Source: Spirochaetota bacterium (GTDB lineage Bacteria; Spirochaetota; Spirochaetia; Treponematales; UBA12059). From it: a stretch of 64,000 nt of DNA. The stretch covers positions 22,469 through 86,468 of the forward strand of contig JAPLSN010000029.1 in the NCBI GenBank assembly GCA_026398615.1. The letters run 5' to 3'. A program made the translations under genes and the position numbers. Position 1 is the stretch's first letter. The number at the start of each line of letters is the position of its first letter. The notes beneath the pieces were generated by a model. It did no database searches and was not told the origin of the DNA. It saw only the letters and a list, made by a program, of their open reading frames with translations. This document shows, piece by piece, positions 1-8,618 of this stretch.

Positions 1-1127
1 ATGCCGATCTCGGCGTGGTTCTGGTCTGAGTCGGTTTCGATGCCCTTGCCGATGTCGTGGAGCAGGGCGCTGCGCTTGGCTATGTCCCGGTTGGCCCCGA
101 TCTCGGCGGCCAGCATCCCCGCGATGACTGCCACTTCCTTGGAATGCGCCAGGACGTTCTGCCCGTAGCTGGTGCGGAAATAGAGCCGCCCGAGCGCCTT
201 GATGAGTTCCTGGGGCAGGTTGTGGAGGCCGATGTCGAAGACGACCTTCTCGCCTTCCTCGTAGATCTTCTGGCTGATCTCCTTGGTGACCTTCTGGACC
301 ACTTCCTCGATCCGCGCCGGATGGATGCGTCCGTCGGCGATGAGCCGTTCGAGCGAGATTCGCGCGATTTCGCGGCGCACCGGGTCGAAGCAGGAGATCA
401 CCACCGCCTCGGGAGTGTCGTCGATGATGACGTCGACCCCGGTGAGGGTTTCGAGGGTGCGGATGTTCCGGCCCTCGCGGCCGATGATCCGTCCCTTCAT
501 CTCGTCGCTCGGGAGCGAGACGCTCGTCACGGTCACCTCGGTGGTCACTTCGGAAGCCAGGCGCTGCATGGTCGTCACGAGGATGTCCCTGGACCGTTTT
601 TCGGCAGCCAGCTGGGCATCCTGCTCTATCTTGTTCACGATAGATTGGGCGTCGCGCCTGGCATCGTTCTCGAGCCCCTGCATGAGGAGTTTCTTGGCCT
701 CGTCCGCGGTCAGGGCCGAGATGCGTTCGAGCTCCTTGCGGTACTGTTCCTCCTGGCCTTCGAGAAAGGTTTCCTTTTCGTCGAGGGATTTCCCCCGGGT
801 TTCGAGCTGCTCTTCCTGCTTGTCGAGGAACTGGACCTTCTTGTCGAGATTTTCTTCTTTCTGAAGCACCCTGCGCTCGAGCCTCTGCAGCTCGGTGCGC
901 CTTTCCCTGGTATCCCGTTCCTGCTGGTTTCGTTCCCGAATGAGCTGGTCCTTGGCCTCCAAGAGGATTTGGCGCTTTTCCGCCTCCGCCTCTCTAACCG
1001 CTTCCTGCTTGATTCGTTCCGCTTTCTGTTCAGCGGACGAAAGTTGAAATCTGGCATAGAGCCAGCGGATCATCCAACCCAGGAGAAAACCAGTAAGAGG
1101 AAGGGCGACATAGAACGCTGCCGTCAT
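1..1127 (-). CDS. rny: Ribonuclease Y (N-terminal TM, KH and HD domains); 3' end runs off the window
   Basis: Minus-strand translation reads MTAAFYVALPLTGFLLGWMIRW..., then KH-type GRIIGREGRNIRTLETLTGVDVIIDD and HD motif LLHDIGKG at the window edge. Start ATG is the revcomp of cat at 1125-1127, with a GGGGGA SD upstream. Not in the ORF track because there is no stop in the window. Confidence 0.88.
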   Translation of the reverse strand, partial: MTAAFYVALPLTGFLLGWMIRWLYARFQLSSAEQKAERIKQEAVREAEAEKRQILLEAKDQLIRERNQQERDTRERRTELQRLERRVLQKEENLDKKVQFLDKQEEQLETRGKSLDEKETFLEGQEEQYRKELERISALTADEAKKLLMQGLENDARRDAQSIVNKIEQDAQLAAEKRSRDILVTTMQRLASEVTTEVTVTSVSLPSDEMKGRIIGREGRNIRTLETLTGVDVIIDDTPEAVVISCFDPVRREIARISLERLIADGRIHPARIEEVVQKVTKEISQKIYEEGEKVVFDIGLHNLPQELIKALGRLYFRTSYGQNVLAHSKEVAVIAGMLAAEIGANRDIAKRSALLHDIGKGIETDSDQNHAEIG

Positions 1128-1202
1128 GGTTCCCCCTACTATAAAGTTTGAACCTGATTATACTTACATCGACCCGTTTGTCAAGAATAAAGACCGGACC
1201 CG

Positions 1203-1231
1203 ATTGACGGGATGGGCAAGCGGTTCTAGAA
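1203..1231 (+). promoter_or_regulatory. Putative sigma70 promoter (TTGACG-17-TAGAAT) for the RRM-protein gene; implies a ~285 nt 5' UTR
   Basis: TTGACG at 1203-1208, 17-nt spacer, TAGAAT at 1226-1231, in the divergent rny/rbp intergenic region. Confidence 0.35.
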
Positions 1232-1524
1232 TGACGAACAAGGCGTATTTCATGCGCCGAGCGGTCTTTTAACCGGTCGTTCGATTCCATCCTCGGGAAT
1301 ATCCTGGACGGGTTCCGGTATCAATATGGACGCCCCAGGACGGTCTTCACGGCAGCCTGTCCGCGCCCGCCGCATCCGGCCCAAGGCAATAGCGATCCAT
1401 CGCGAGTAGCCTTCCCGTTCATCGATTTCCCTGGATATCGACACGAACCTAGACGCATCGCCGGTTCGCCCTGAGCGAATCGAACAATACGGCCTACCGG
1501 GCCGCATTCCAAGGATCTCCCGGC

Positions 1525-1809
1525 ATGTCCAAGAAGGTGTACGTGGGCAACATGAATTTTGCCACGACCGAGAACGGTCTTCGTGAACTCTTCGCACAAT
1601 ACGGCGAGGTCGTCTCCGTCAACATCGTTACCGATCGCGCAACGGGTCGGGCGAAGGGATTCGGTTTCATCGAGATGAACGACGATTCCGGAGCCATGGC
1701 CGCGATCTCCGCACTCGATGGCAAGGAGTTCGAAGGGCGCCGGCTCCGCGTCAACGAGGCTCAGGAACGCCCGCACGGCAATGACGGGTTCCGGCCCAAT
1801 TCCTGCTGA
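1525..1809 (+). CDS. RRM-type RNA-binding protein (RNP-1/RNP-2 motifs)
   Basis: MSKKVYVGNMNFATTENGLRELF... KGFGFIEM: canonical RNP-2 (VYVGNM) and RNP-1 (KGFGFIEM) motifs; 94 aa. Confidence 0.9.
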   Translation: MSKKVYVGNMNFATTENGLRELFAQYGEVVSVNIVTDRATGRAKGFGFIEMNDDSGAMAAISALDGKEFEGRRLRVNEAQERPHGNDGFRPNSC

Positions 1810-1952
1810 CAAGGTGCCGAAAAAGGCTATGGAGCCTTTCTTGACGCTGCCTTTCCTGATGCAAGCCCGCAGAAGACCGCAAGGTTTTCGGGGAATTGCC
1901 AGGCCCGGCCGGAAGATCGTAATGGGACCCCCGGCGCCATCGGCCGGGGAGC

Positions 1953-2951
1953 TTATCGTACCCCGCCCGGCGAACCATTCAGCGCAGCAAGGATCGTCCT
2001 GAAGCGCCCGGGGAGCCCGGCGCGGAAGATGGCGGGGATGCCGCTTCCCGGGAGCGCGATCCGGAGCCGCCATGCGTGGAGCATCAGGGTCGCGCCGGGA
2101 AATCGCTCGTCGCGGCGCGAATAGACCGGATCGCCGAGAATCGGGCAGCCGAGATGTTTCATGTGGACGCGGAGCTGGTGCGTCCGACCGGTTTTCGGCC
2201 GCAAGCTGAGGAAGGCATACCCCCCGAACGCGGCGATCGTCCGCCACGAGGTGACCGCGAGCTTGCCAGCCTCGCCCTTCCCGTCCTGCGTAACCACGGC
2301 AAAGCGTTTCCTGTCCCTCGGATCCCTGGCCAGCCGGTTTGCGATACGGCCTTCCGGCGCAGGCGGGCGGCCCCGGACGATCGCCAGATATTCCTTGGCG
2401 ACGGAACGCTCGCGAAACTGCGAAGCCAGGAAGTCCTGCGCCGCGGCGGTCTTGGCGCAGATGATGACGCCGCTCGTATCCTTGTCGAGTCGATGTACTA
2501 TCCCCGCTCTGGAGGGGCCTTCGGCCCCTCCAGAGCTCCACGAAGCCGCTGAACGGCTTCGTGCGCGATCACCGTCGCCTTCGGCCCCTCCAGAGCGGAG
2601 GCGGCCGAGTAGGGCATTGGCGAGGGTGCCGGTCCAGTTGCCGTGGGCGGGATGGGTGACCATGCCCTGGGGCTTGTCGACGACGATGACCGAATCGTCT
2701 TCGTAGAGCACGTCGAGGGGGATATCCTCGGCGGCAAAGTCCTGGGGACCTTCGTCCTCCCATTCCACGACGAGGAGTTCCCCCGCTTTCAACGGCCGGG
2801 ACGGCTTGACCTCGCGGCCGCCGACGATGAATCTGGCTCCGAGGGATTTGAGTCGGCTCCGGCCGAGTATGCCCAGCACTTCGGAGACATACCTGTCGGC
2901 CCTGAGGGGTTCGGGGATCGAGACGATGCCCTCATAGCGGTTCATTCGCAT
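1953..2951 (-). CDS. RluA/RluD-family 23S rRNA pseudouridine synthase with an S4 domain; carries a 20-aa internal tandem duplication
   Basis: Catalytic motif HRLDKDTSG and an S4-like N-terminus. A 20-bp repeat gccttcggcccctccagagc at about 2517 and 2577 (60 bp apart, in frame) yields SGGAEG...SGGAEG just upstream of the catalytic Asp. Confidence 0.85.
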   Translation of the reverse strand: MRMNRYEGIVSIPEPLRADRYVSEVLGILGRSRLKSLGARFIVGGREVKPSRPLKAGELLVVEWEDEGPQDFAAEDIPLDVLYEDDSVIVVDKPQGMVTHPAHGNWTGTLANALLGRLRSGGAEGDGDRARSRSAASWSSGGAEGPSRAGIVHRLDKDTSGVIICAKTAAAQDFLASQFRERSVAKEYLAIVRGRPPAPEGRIANRLARDPRDRKRFAVVTQDGKGEAGKLAVTSWRTIAAFGGYAFLSLRPKTGRTHQLRVHMKHLGCPILGDPVYSRRDERFPGATLMLHAWRLRIALPGSGIPAIFRAGLPGRFRTILAALNGSPGGVR

Positions 2952-3065
2952 CCTTTACCGGCAACAGCCGGCTGTCTGGGAAACTTCCAATTGAGTCCCC
3001 GTATATGATACGGTACAGGCAGGGCGTGACCCGTCCGGCCTGAGATTACCCGAAGCAAGGAGATC

Positions 3066-3869
3066 GTGTCGATGACGAAAGAACGCATTCCCGACGACGC
3101 CGTTTGCGTGTTCGTGCGGTCGGCCCGGCTCGAACTCTGGCTGCGCATGAGCCCGGGAACGGTGGCTGCAGCGTATTCATACGCTCCGACAGCCCAAGGC
3201 AGGTCCGACCTTCGTCCCATGAAGGCGCCGCCGGCGGGGCTCGAATGGAAAATCGAAGCCTTCCGGCCGCGCGATGGGCTCCATGTTTCGGAAACGCTGG
3301 CGACAGAACCTTACGTCATCGACATCGACGAGCGCTTCACGATCCACACCTTCGATTCCGTCTCCGGTTCCATCCTGCTGCCGCCGGCGATCCGTGTCTT
3401 CGACGGCGACGGACGCACCGTCTTCGAGATCCCGACCGTTCCCCACAAGGATGCCTGGTACGGAGATCCCCGCGAAGGCGTGCCGGGAGCATCCGTCCGC
3501 TCGCCGTTCATCTTCGGCTCCCCCGTCCTGGCCCTGCCCCGCGTCGGCGCACGGGCGTACGGCGGGGCGAAGTCGGAACCCGCCGGGATCATCTGCCCCG
3601 TCACCATCCGCAACGACATGGGTTCGGCCTACGATCTCCAGCGGCTCTGCATCCCCACCGAGGGCCTGGCGCTCTACCGCGCCTCCGGGGCGCTCGTCTG
3701 CGACCGGATCCTGGTCGCGATCCACGTCGATGGCGTCGGCGTGGACGTCCGCCCGGGAATGGTAGACGGATTCGACGACCAGGAAATCGTCGAAAAGGCG
3801 CGGACTTCCCCGGAAGCCCGGTTCTTCAACCGCGGGCTCTCCATCTTCCTCAAGCTGGCAGGCAGGTAA
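3066..3869 (+). CDS. Hypothetical protein (267 aa); ATG at 3072 is more likely than GTG at 3066
   Basis: Long ORF with AAGGAGAT SD 7-9 nt before ATG 3072; no recognisable motif; codon usage matches the flanks. Confidence 0.5.
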   Translation: MSMTKERIPDDAVCVFVRSARLELWLRMSPGTVAAAYSYAPTAQGRSDLRPMKAPPAGLEWKIEAFRPRDGLHVSETLATEPYVIDIDERFTIHTFDSVSGSILLPPAIRVFDGDGRTVFEIPTVPHKDAWYGDPREGVPGASVRSPFIFGSPVLALPRVGARAYGGAKSEPAGIICPVTIRNDMGSAYDLQRLCIPTEGLALYRASGALVCDRILVAIHVDGVGVDVRPGMVDGFDDQEIVEKARTSPEARFFNRGLSIFLKLAGR

Positions 3870-3872
3870 ACC

Positions 3873-4793
3873 ATGGACCCGACCTTCCCCGTTCCTTCCG
3901 CACAGACCACCCAGGCGGCCGTCGACGCCGCGGCCCCAACGGCGTCGGCGCCGCTGGATCCGACGAAAATCATCGGGACGATGTTCTCAGCCGATCTCGG
4001 GTTCGCGATCCTCAAGGGGTTTTTCGCCTTTCTCGTCTGCATCGTCGCCGTCAGGCTGGCCGTTTTCCTCCTCAAGCGCATCTTCCGGAAGACCATCTCG
4101 CTGAGAACCGCCATGATCGCGGAGAAAGCCGTCGCGTACGGCGGTTTCGTCATGGCGTGCCTCATCGCTTTCGACATCGCGGGAATCAATGTCACGGCGC
4201 TTCTGGGCGCCGCGGGAATAGCGGGTATCGCGGTCGGCTTCGCCGCCCAGACTTCCTTCGCGAACGTCATTTCCGGGCTGTTCCTGCTGTCGGAAAAAGC
4301 CTTTTCGTCCGGCGACGTCATCGAAGTCGGGGAAGTGGTCGGGGTGGTCGAATCCATCGACGTGCTCTCGGTGAAAGTGCGTACCTTCGACAACCGCCTC
4401 GTCCGGATTCCCAACGAGAATCTCATCAAGTCCAACCTGATCAACATCACGCGGTATCCGATCCGGCGCATGAATTTCGAGTTCACGATCACGAGGGATT
4501 CGGACATCGAAATCGCCCGGATCGCCCTCCTGGAAGTGGCCGACGCGAACCCCTTCGTCCTCAAGAACCCCGAACCCTTCTTCATGCTCACGGGTATCAC
4601 CCCGGAAGGGGTCGGCGTCTTCTTCGGCACCTGGTTCCGCCAGGAACGCTTCATCGAGGTTAGGAACGGCATGTACATGGACATGGTGAAGGCATTCCGC
4701 GAGCGCGGGATCCGCTTCGCTTTCCGGACGATCACGATCGATCCTGCGACGGGAGCGGGCGGGGCGAAGACGAAGACCAGGACGGTTCGCTGA
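3873..4793 (+). CDS. Mechanosensitive ion channel, MscS family
   Basis: TM helices followed by a conserved MscS pore/beta-domain region (GDVIEVGEVVGVVESIDVLSVKVRTFDNRLVRIPNENL). Confidence 0.85.
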   Translation: MDPTFPVPSAQTTQAAVDAAAPTASAPLDPTKIIGTMFSADLGFAILKGFFAFLVCIVAVRLAVFLLKRIFRKTISLRTAMIAEKAVAYGGFVMACLIAFDIAGINVTALLGAAGIAGIAVGFAAQTSFANVISGLFLLSEKAFSSGDVIEVGEVVGVVESIDVLSVKVRTFDNRLVRIPNENLIKSNLINITRYPIRRMNFEFTITRDSDIEIARIALLEVADANPFVLKNPEPFFMLTGITPEGVGVFFGTWFRQERFIEVRNGMYMDMVKAFRERGIRFAFRTITIDPATGAGGAKTKTRTVR

Positions 4794-4833
4794 GGACGGA
4801 GCCTTCGAGGGGGGTGCGGCGACGGCCCGGGCC

Positions 4834-7149
4834 TCAGTCGGCGGGGGATAGTTCGAAGACGAGGGTGCGGAAGTCGCCGGTGATCGACCGGCCGTCCTCC
4901 ACAGGCAGGCCGATGGCCTGCAGTTCGTCGCCCCGGGTACGCCATTCCGCGCCCGTGGCCGGATGCGGTGCCCCGGCCGAGGCTTCCGTGCGGCGCACCC
5001 GGTAGAGCCGGTCCGGGTCCAGGCCCCGCAGCCGCAGCCGGGACCAGGCAGGGTTCGGCTTCGCCAGCGTCCGGACGTGGAGAACGATCGCGTGCGAACG
5101 GTCCCGGGCCACGACGGCCCAGGCGACCTCGTTGCCGTCCCCGTCCGCGAAGCCCCTGAGCCGCCTGAAATCGCCTGATGCCATCAGGGCACGATTTTCC
5201 TTCCACCAGGCGGTCCACCGGGCCGCCAGATTCCGGTCGGGGGCATCGAGGGCACGGAAGTCCAGTTCCCAGCCGGACACGCCGAAGGCGGCCACCGCCG
5301 CGCGGACGCCGATCGGCGTGATCCGCCCGACCTGGTGGTTCGGGCTGGCCGAAACGTGGGCGTCGGTCATGGAAAGCGGATACGCGAAAGACGCACCCCA
5401 CTGGATGCGCAAGCGCTCGATCGCGTCGGTGTCGTCGCTCGTCCAGGACTGGGGCGCGTACGGGAGCATGCCCGGGTCGAAGCGGCCGCCGCCGCCCGCG
5501 CAGGATTCGAACAGGACCTGCGGGAATTCCGCGGCCAGGCGCTCGATGACGCCATAAAGCGAGAGCAGGTACCGGTGGAAGAATTCGCCGCGTCGGTCAG
5601 CCGGGAGCGCCGGGGAAAAGGCTTCGGTGATGGGACGGTTCATGTCCCACTTGAGGTACAAAACCCGCGCCGATGAAAGGACATCGCGAACGGATCGGAA
5701 GACGAACTCGGCCACTTCCGGCCGGGTGAGGTCCAGCACGAACTGGTTACGACCCGGCGAACGCGGCCGCGCCGGATCGCCCGAGACCCAGTCCGGATGC
5801 GCCCGGAACAGCTCAGAATCCTCGCTGACCATCTCGGGTTCCATCCATATCCCGAAGCCGAGGCCGAGTTTCGCCAGGTCATCGGCCACGGGACCGAGGC
5901 CGCGGGGGAACTTGACCGGGTCCGGCCGCCAGTCGCCGAGCGCCCTGCTGTCATCGCGCCGGCCGGAAAACCACCCATCGTCCACGACGAGGAGTTCCAC
6001 GCCGGCCGCGGCGGCTTCCCGCCCCAGTTCGAGGACGAGCTTTTCGTTCACGTCCCAATAGCAGGCTTCCCAGGTATTGGCAATGACGGGACGGGGACGG
6101 TCGCGCCATGGCCCCCGCGCGAGGCGGGTCCGCATGATCCGGTGAAAGGCGTCCGACATTCCCTCGTACCCGCGACCTGACCACACCACGAGGGCTTCCG
6201 GCGTCGAAAAGGACTCGCCGGGCTCAAGGTTCCAGCGGAATTCCCTCGTATCCAGCCCGATGCGCAGTCGGGTCACGCCGAAGGAATCGGTATCCGCGGC
6301 CGCCTCGTAGTTGCCGGAATAGACGAGGGCCATGGCCAGGACTTCGCCCGAATCCTCGCGCGTCCCGGGCGACGCAAGGGCGATGAAGGGCCCTCCGTTG
6401 TGCCCGGAAATCCCCCGAAGGCTGTAGCTGGCCGCGAGTCCCGGCGCGATCGGCCGGGTTGTCAGCTCCCGTTCCCTGGCCCAGGCACCGCTCATGGTGA
6501 GCACGGTTCCTTCGGCCATCGGGACATCCACGCTCGCACTCGCGCAGGCGCTGAGGGCGAAGGATCGCGGTCCGTCGTTGCGGATCGTCGCGCCGCGGGA
6601 TATGACCGCGAAATCCCTCCAGACCGTGTAGGAGAGGACCAGGGTCGCCCCGATCAGCTCGTCGAAGAGTTCGACTTCGAGCGTCTCGGCTTCGTCCGGG
6701 GATTCCGCGTACGTGGACGGTAAACCGGGTATGGCGCTCCTGCCGGCGAAGCGGCGCCAGGATCGGTACTTGAAGTCGCAGAGAACGGCGCCGGCGGCAG
6801 GTTCGACGCGAATGGCGGGCAGGCGGAAGTCCGTCGTCCCGTAGCAGGGGTATTCGAGGCGGAGATGCTCGAGCGAAAGGGAAGGATCGTCCCGGTATAC
6901 CGAGCACGAGTATGGCCTGGGTTCGGGCTTGAGGAGGTCGTCGAAGCCCTCCTGGCCCCGGATCGGCGCGCCCGCGTGGAGCGCTCCGAGGTGGCCGTTG
7001 CGGAGCACGCAGAACGCGTAGCTGAAGGCTTCGTTCCGCAGATGGAACCCTGGGCCGCCGCGGGCCGGTCCGGCGGTTTCGCGTATGATGATGGACACGA
7101 TGGTACCCCTGATCGAGGAGTGGTGGACCGAGGACGGGCATGCGCCCAT
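4834..7149 (-). CDS. Alpha-galactosidase, glycoside hydrolase family 36
   Basis: GH36 signature ELLVVDDGWF... GIWMEPEMVS... LKWDMN. Track ORF extends to 7266, but the upstream region contains the LacI operator, so the start is more likely ATG at 7147-7149 (MGACPSS...GFHLRNEAFSY). Confidence 0.8.
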   Translation of the reverse strand: MGACPSSVHHSSIRGTIVSIIIRETAGPARGGPGFHLRNEAFSYAFCVLRNGHLGALHAGAPIRGQEGFDDLLKPEPRPYSCSVYRDDPSLSLEHLRLEYPCYGTTDFRLPAIRVEPAAGAVLCDFKYRSWRRFAGRSAIPGLPSTYAESPDEAETLEVELFDELIGATLVLSYTVWRDFAVISRGATIRNDGPRSFALSACASASVDVPMAEGTVLTMSGAWARERELTTRPIAPGLAASYSLRGISGHNGGPFIALASPGTREDSGEVLAMALVYSGNYEAAADTDSFGVTRLRIGLDTREFRWNLEPGESFSTPEALVVWSGRGYEGMSDAFHRIMRTRLARGPWRDRPRPVIANTWEACYWDVNEKLVLELGREAAAAGVELLVVDDGWFSGRRDDSRALGDWRPDPVKFPRGLGPVADDLAKLGLGFGIWMEPEMVSEDSELFRAHPDWVSGDPARPRSPGRNQFVLDLTRPEVAEFVFRSVRDVLSSARVLYLKWDMNRPITEAFSPALPADRRGEFFHRYLLSLYGVIERLAAEFPQVLFESCAGGGGRFDPGMLPYAPQSWTSDDTDAIERLRIQWGASFAYPLSMTDAHVSASPNHQVGRITPIGVRAAVAAFGVSGWELDFRALDAPDRNLAARWTAWWKENRALMASGDFRRLRGFADGDGNEVAWAVVARDRSHAIVLHVRTLAKPNPAWSRLRLRGLDPDRLYRVRRTEASAGAPHPATGAEWRTRGDELQAIGLPVEDGRSITGDFRTLVFELSPAD

Positions 7150-7156
7150 GAACGGG

Positions 7157-7176
7157 TTATGTAAGCGCTTACATAA
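7157..7176. promoter_or_regulatory. LacI-family operator, perfect 20-bp palindrome TTATGTAAGCGCTTACATAA just upstream of the alpha-galactosidase start; a -35-like TTGACA lies at about 7200-7205 on the minus strand
   Basis: Perfect dyad matching the LacI/CcpA-type core TGTAAGCGCTTACA. It sits between lacI (stop 7253) and the alpha-galactosidase start. Confidence 0.6.
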
Positions 7177-7252
7177 TTGTGATTCTAATTGATGGGGAAT
7201 GTCAAGCAACTTCGCGCGATGATTAGGGAAAATGCCGCAAGAGAATCCGCGC

Positions 7253-8269
7253 TCAGGTGGTTTCACGCTCGATGAAGGCGGAATGCACGACGACCCGCGC
7301 GGGCGCGGTCAGCACCCCGTCCCGGATGCGCACCCAGGTCTCCGCGGTTTCCCGGCCGATCTCCTCCGTCCGGAGGCTTACGCTGGAGAGCTTGGGCCGC
7401 GTGATCCGCGCGATGATGACATCGTCGACGCCGACGACGGCCACGTCATCCGGCACGGAAACGCCGGTTTCGAGCAAGCCCTGGAGGGCCCCCGCGGCCA
7501 TCATGTCGTTGGCCGCGAAAATGGCGTCCGGCGGGTTCGGGCCGCGCACGAGGGCTGCCGCGATCCCGGCAGCCTCGTGCACGGACTCGGTGTCGTTCGG
7601 GCAGGAGATCGTGATGACGGGATTGTCGGCGGGGTCGAGGCCGTTCGATTCGACGAACTCCGAGAGAAGCCGCCGTTTCAGGTCGAAGGAATAGTGCCCC
7701 GTGCCGTTGAGGAGGACGACCCGGCGCCTGCCCGAGGCCGCGAGGATGGCGAACGCTTCCCGTATCCCCGTTTCCTGCTCGCAGCGGACGATGTGGGCGC
7801 GGATATCGAGGGCGACGTGCTCGTTGACGAGGATGAGCGGCACATCGCCGGCCAGGGTGGAATACATCACCGCATCGGGACTGTCCGAATGGGCGCCCTC
7901 GATGACGATCAGTGAATCCACCGCGCGCCGGATCAGTTCCCGTGCGTAGCGGTCTTCCTGCTCGGGATCGTCGCCGGAATTGCAGAGATAGCAGAAAACC
8001 CCGTGGGCCGCGAGTCTCCGCTCCAGGGCATGCACGATCGACATATGGTAGGGATTGACGATATGTGTTACGAGGATGCCGACGGAATCGGTCCGCGACT
8101 TCATGAGCCCCCGCGCGAGGATATTGGGCCGGTAGCGGAGCTTTTCGATCGCGGCTTCCACCCGTTTTTTCGTGACCGGCTCCACCCGGCTGATGCCGTT
8201 GATGACGCGGGATACGGTGGCGGTGGAAACCCCGGCGACCCGGGCGACATCGACGATGGTGGGATTCAT
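7253..8269 (-). CDS. LacI-family transcriptional regulator
   Basis: N-terminal HTH MNPTIVDVARVAGVSTATVSRVING followed by a periplasmic-binding-protein-like sugar-binding domain; 338 aa. Confidence 0.9.
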   Translation of the reverse strand: MNPTIVDVARVAGVSTATVSRVINGISRVEPVTKKRVEAAIEKLRYRPNILARGLMKSRTDSVGILVTHIVNPYHMSIVHALERRLAAHGVFCYLCNSGDDPEQEDRYARELIRRAVDSLIVIEGAHSDSPDAVMYSTLAGDVPLILVNEHVALDIRAHIVRCEQETGIREAFAILAASGRRRVVLLNGTGHYSFDLKRRLLSEFVESNGLDPADNPVITISCPNDTESVHEAAGIAAALVRGPNPPDAIFAANDMMAAGALQGLLETGVSVPDDVAVVGVDDVIIARITRPKLSSVSLRTEEIGRETAETWVRIRDGVLTAPARVVVHSAFIERETT

Positions 8270-8618
8270 GGCGAAGGCAGACTACCCTGCCGCGTGGCTT
8301 CGCGCAAGCCGAGCCGGCGCTTCCGCTCGACAGCCGGTTCAGAAATACTGATCATTTCAATGGAAAGGAAACATTGATCGTCAATAATTACCCCTCGCGG
8401 GAGCGAAAAACGGATGACTCATGTTTCCTCCTGCGGATCGATCCCGTCTTCTTCGGCTTCCTCTTCGCGGGAGCCTTCGTCTCCCTGGAGATCGCGCAAG
8501 GCAACCTGGGACCGCTCTTCGCCACGCCGCTCTCCTCGTCGCCTTTTCGCCCTTCGTCGCCCCAGCCTCCGTCCGAGCCGGACGACCGGCGTCGCATCGG
8601 CTCCGGCAGGGTGAGGGA

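Noticed and set aside
3104-5401. Very long ORFs (519 aa on the plus strand at 3104-4663, 575 aa on the minus strand at 3674-5401), plus others such as 33579-35480 minus, 41652-43220 minus, 8421-9938 plus and 56576-57910 plus
   Set aside because: They lie antisense to, or out of frame with, motif-bearing genes (MscS, alpha-galactosidase, ABC permeases, Rsm22-like, RlmL-like, ZIP). Arg/Pro/Gly-rich composition is typical of stop-poor alternative frames in ~67% GC DNA.
4834-7266. N-terminal 39 codons of the alpha-galactosidase ORF (7150-7266)
   Set aside because: The region contains the LacI operator and a -35 box. GH36 proteins start near the FHL.N motif, which follows the ATG at 7149.
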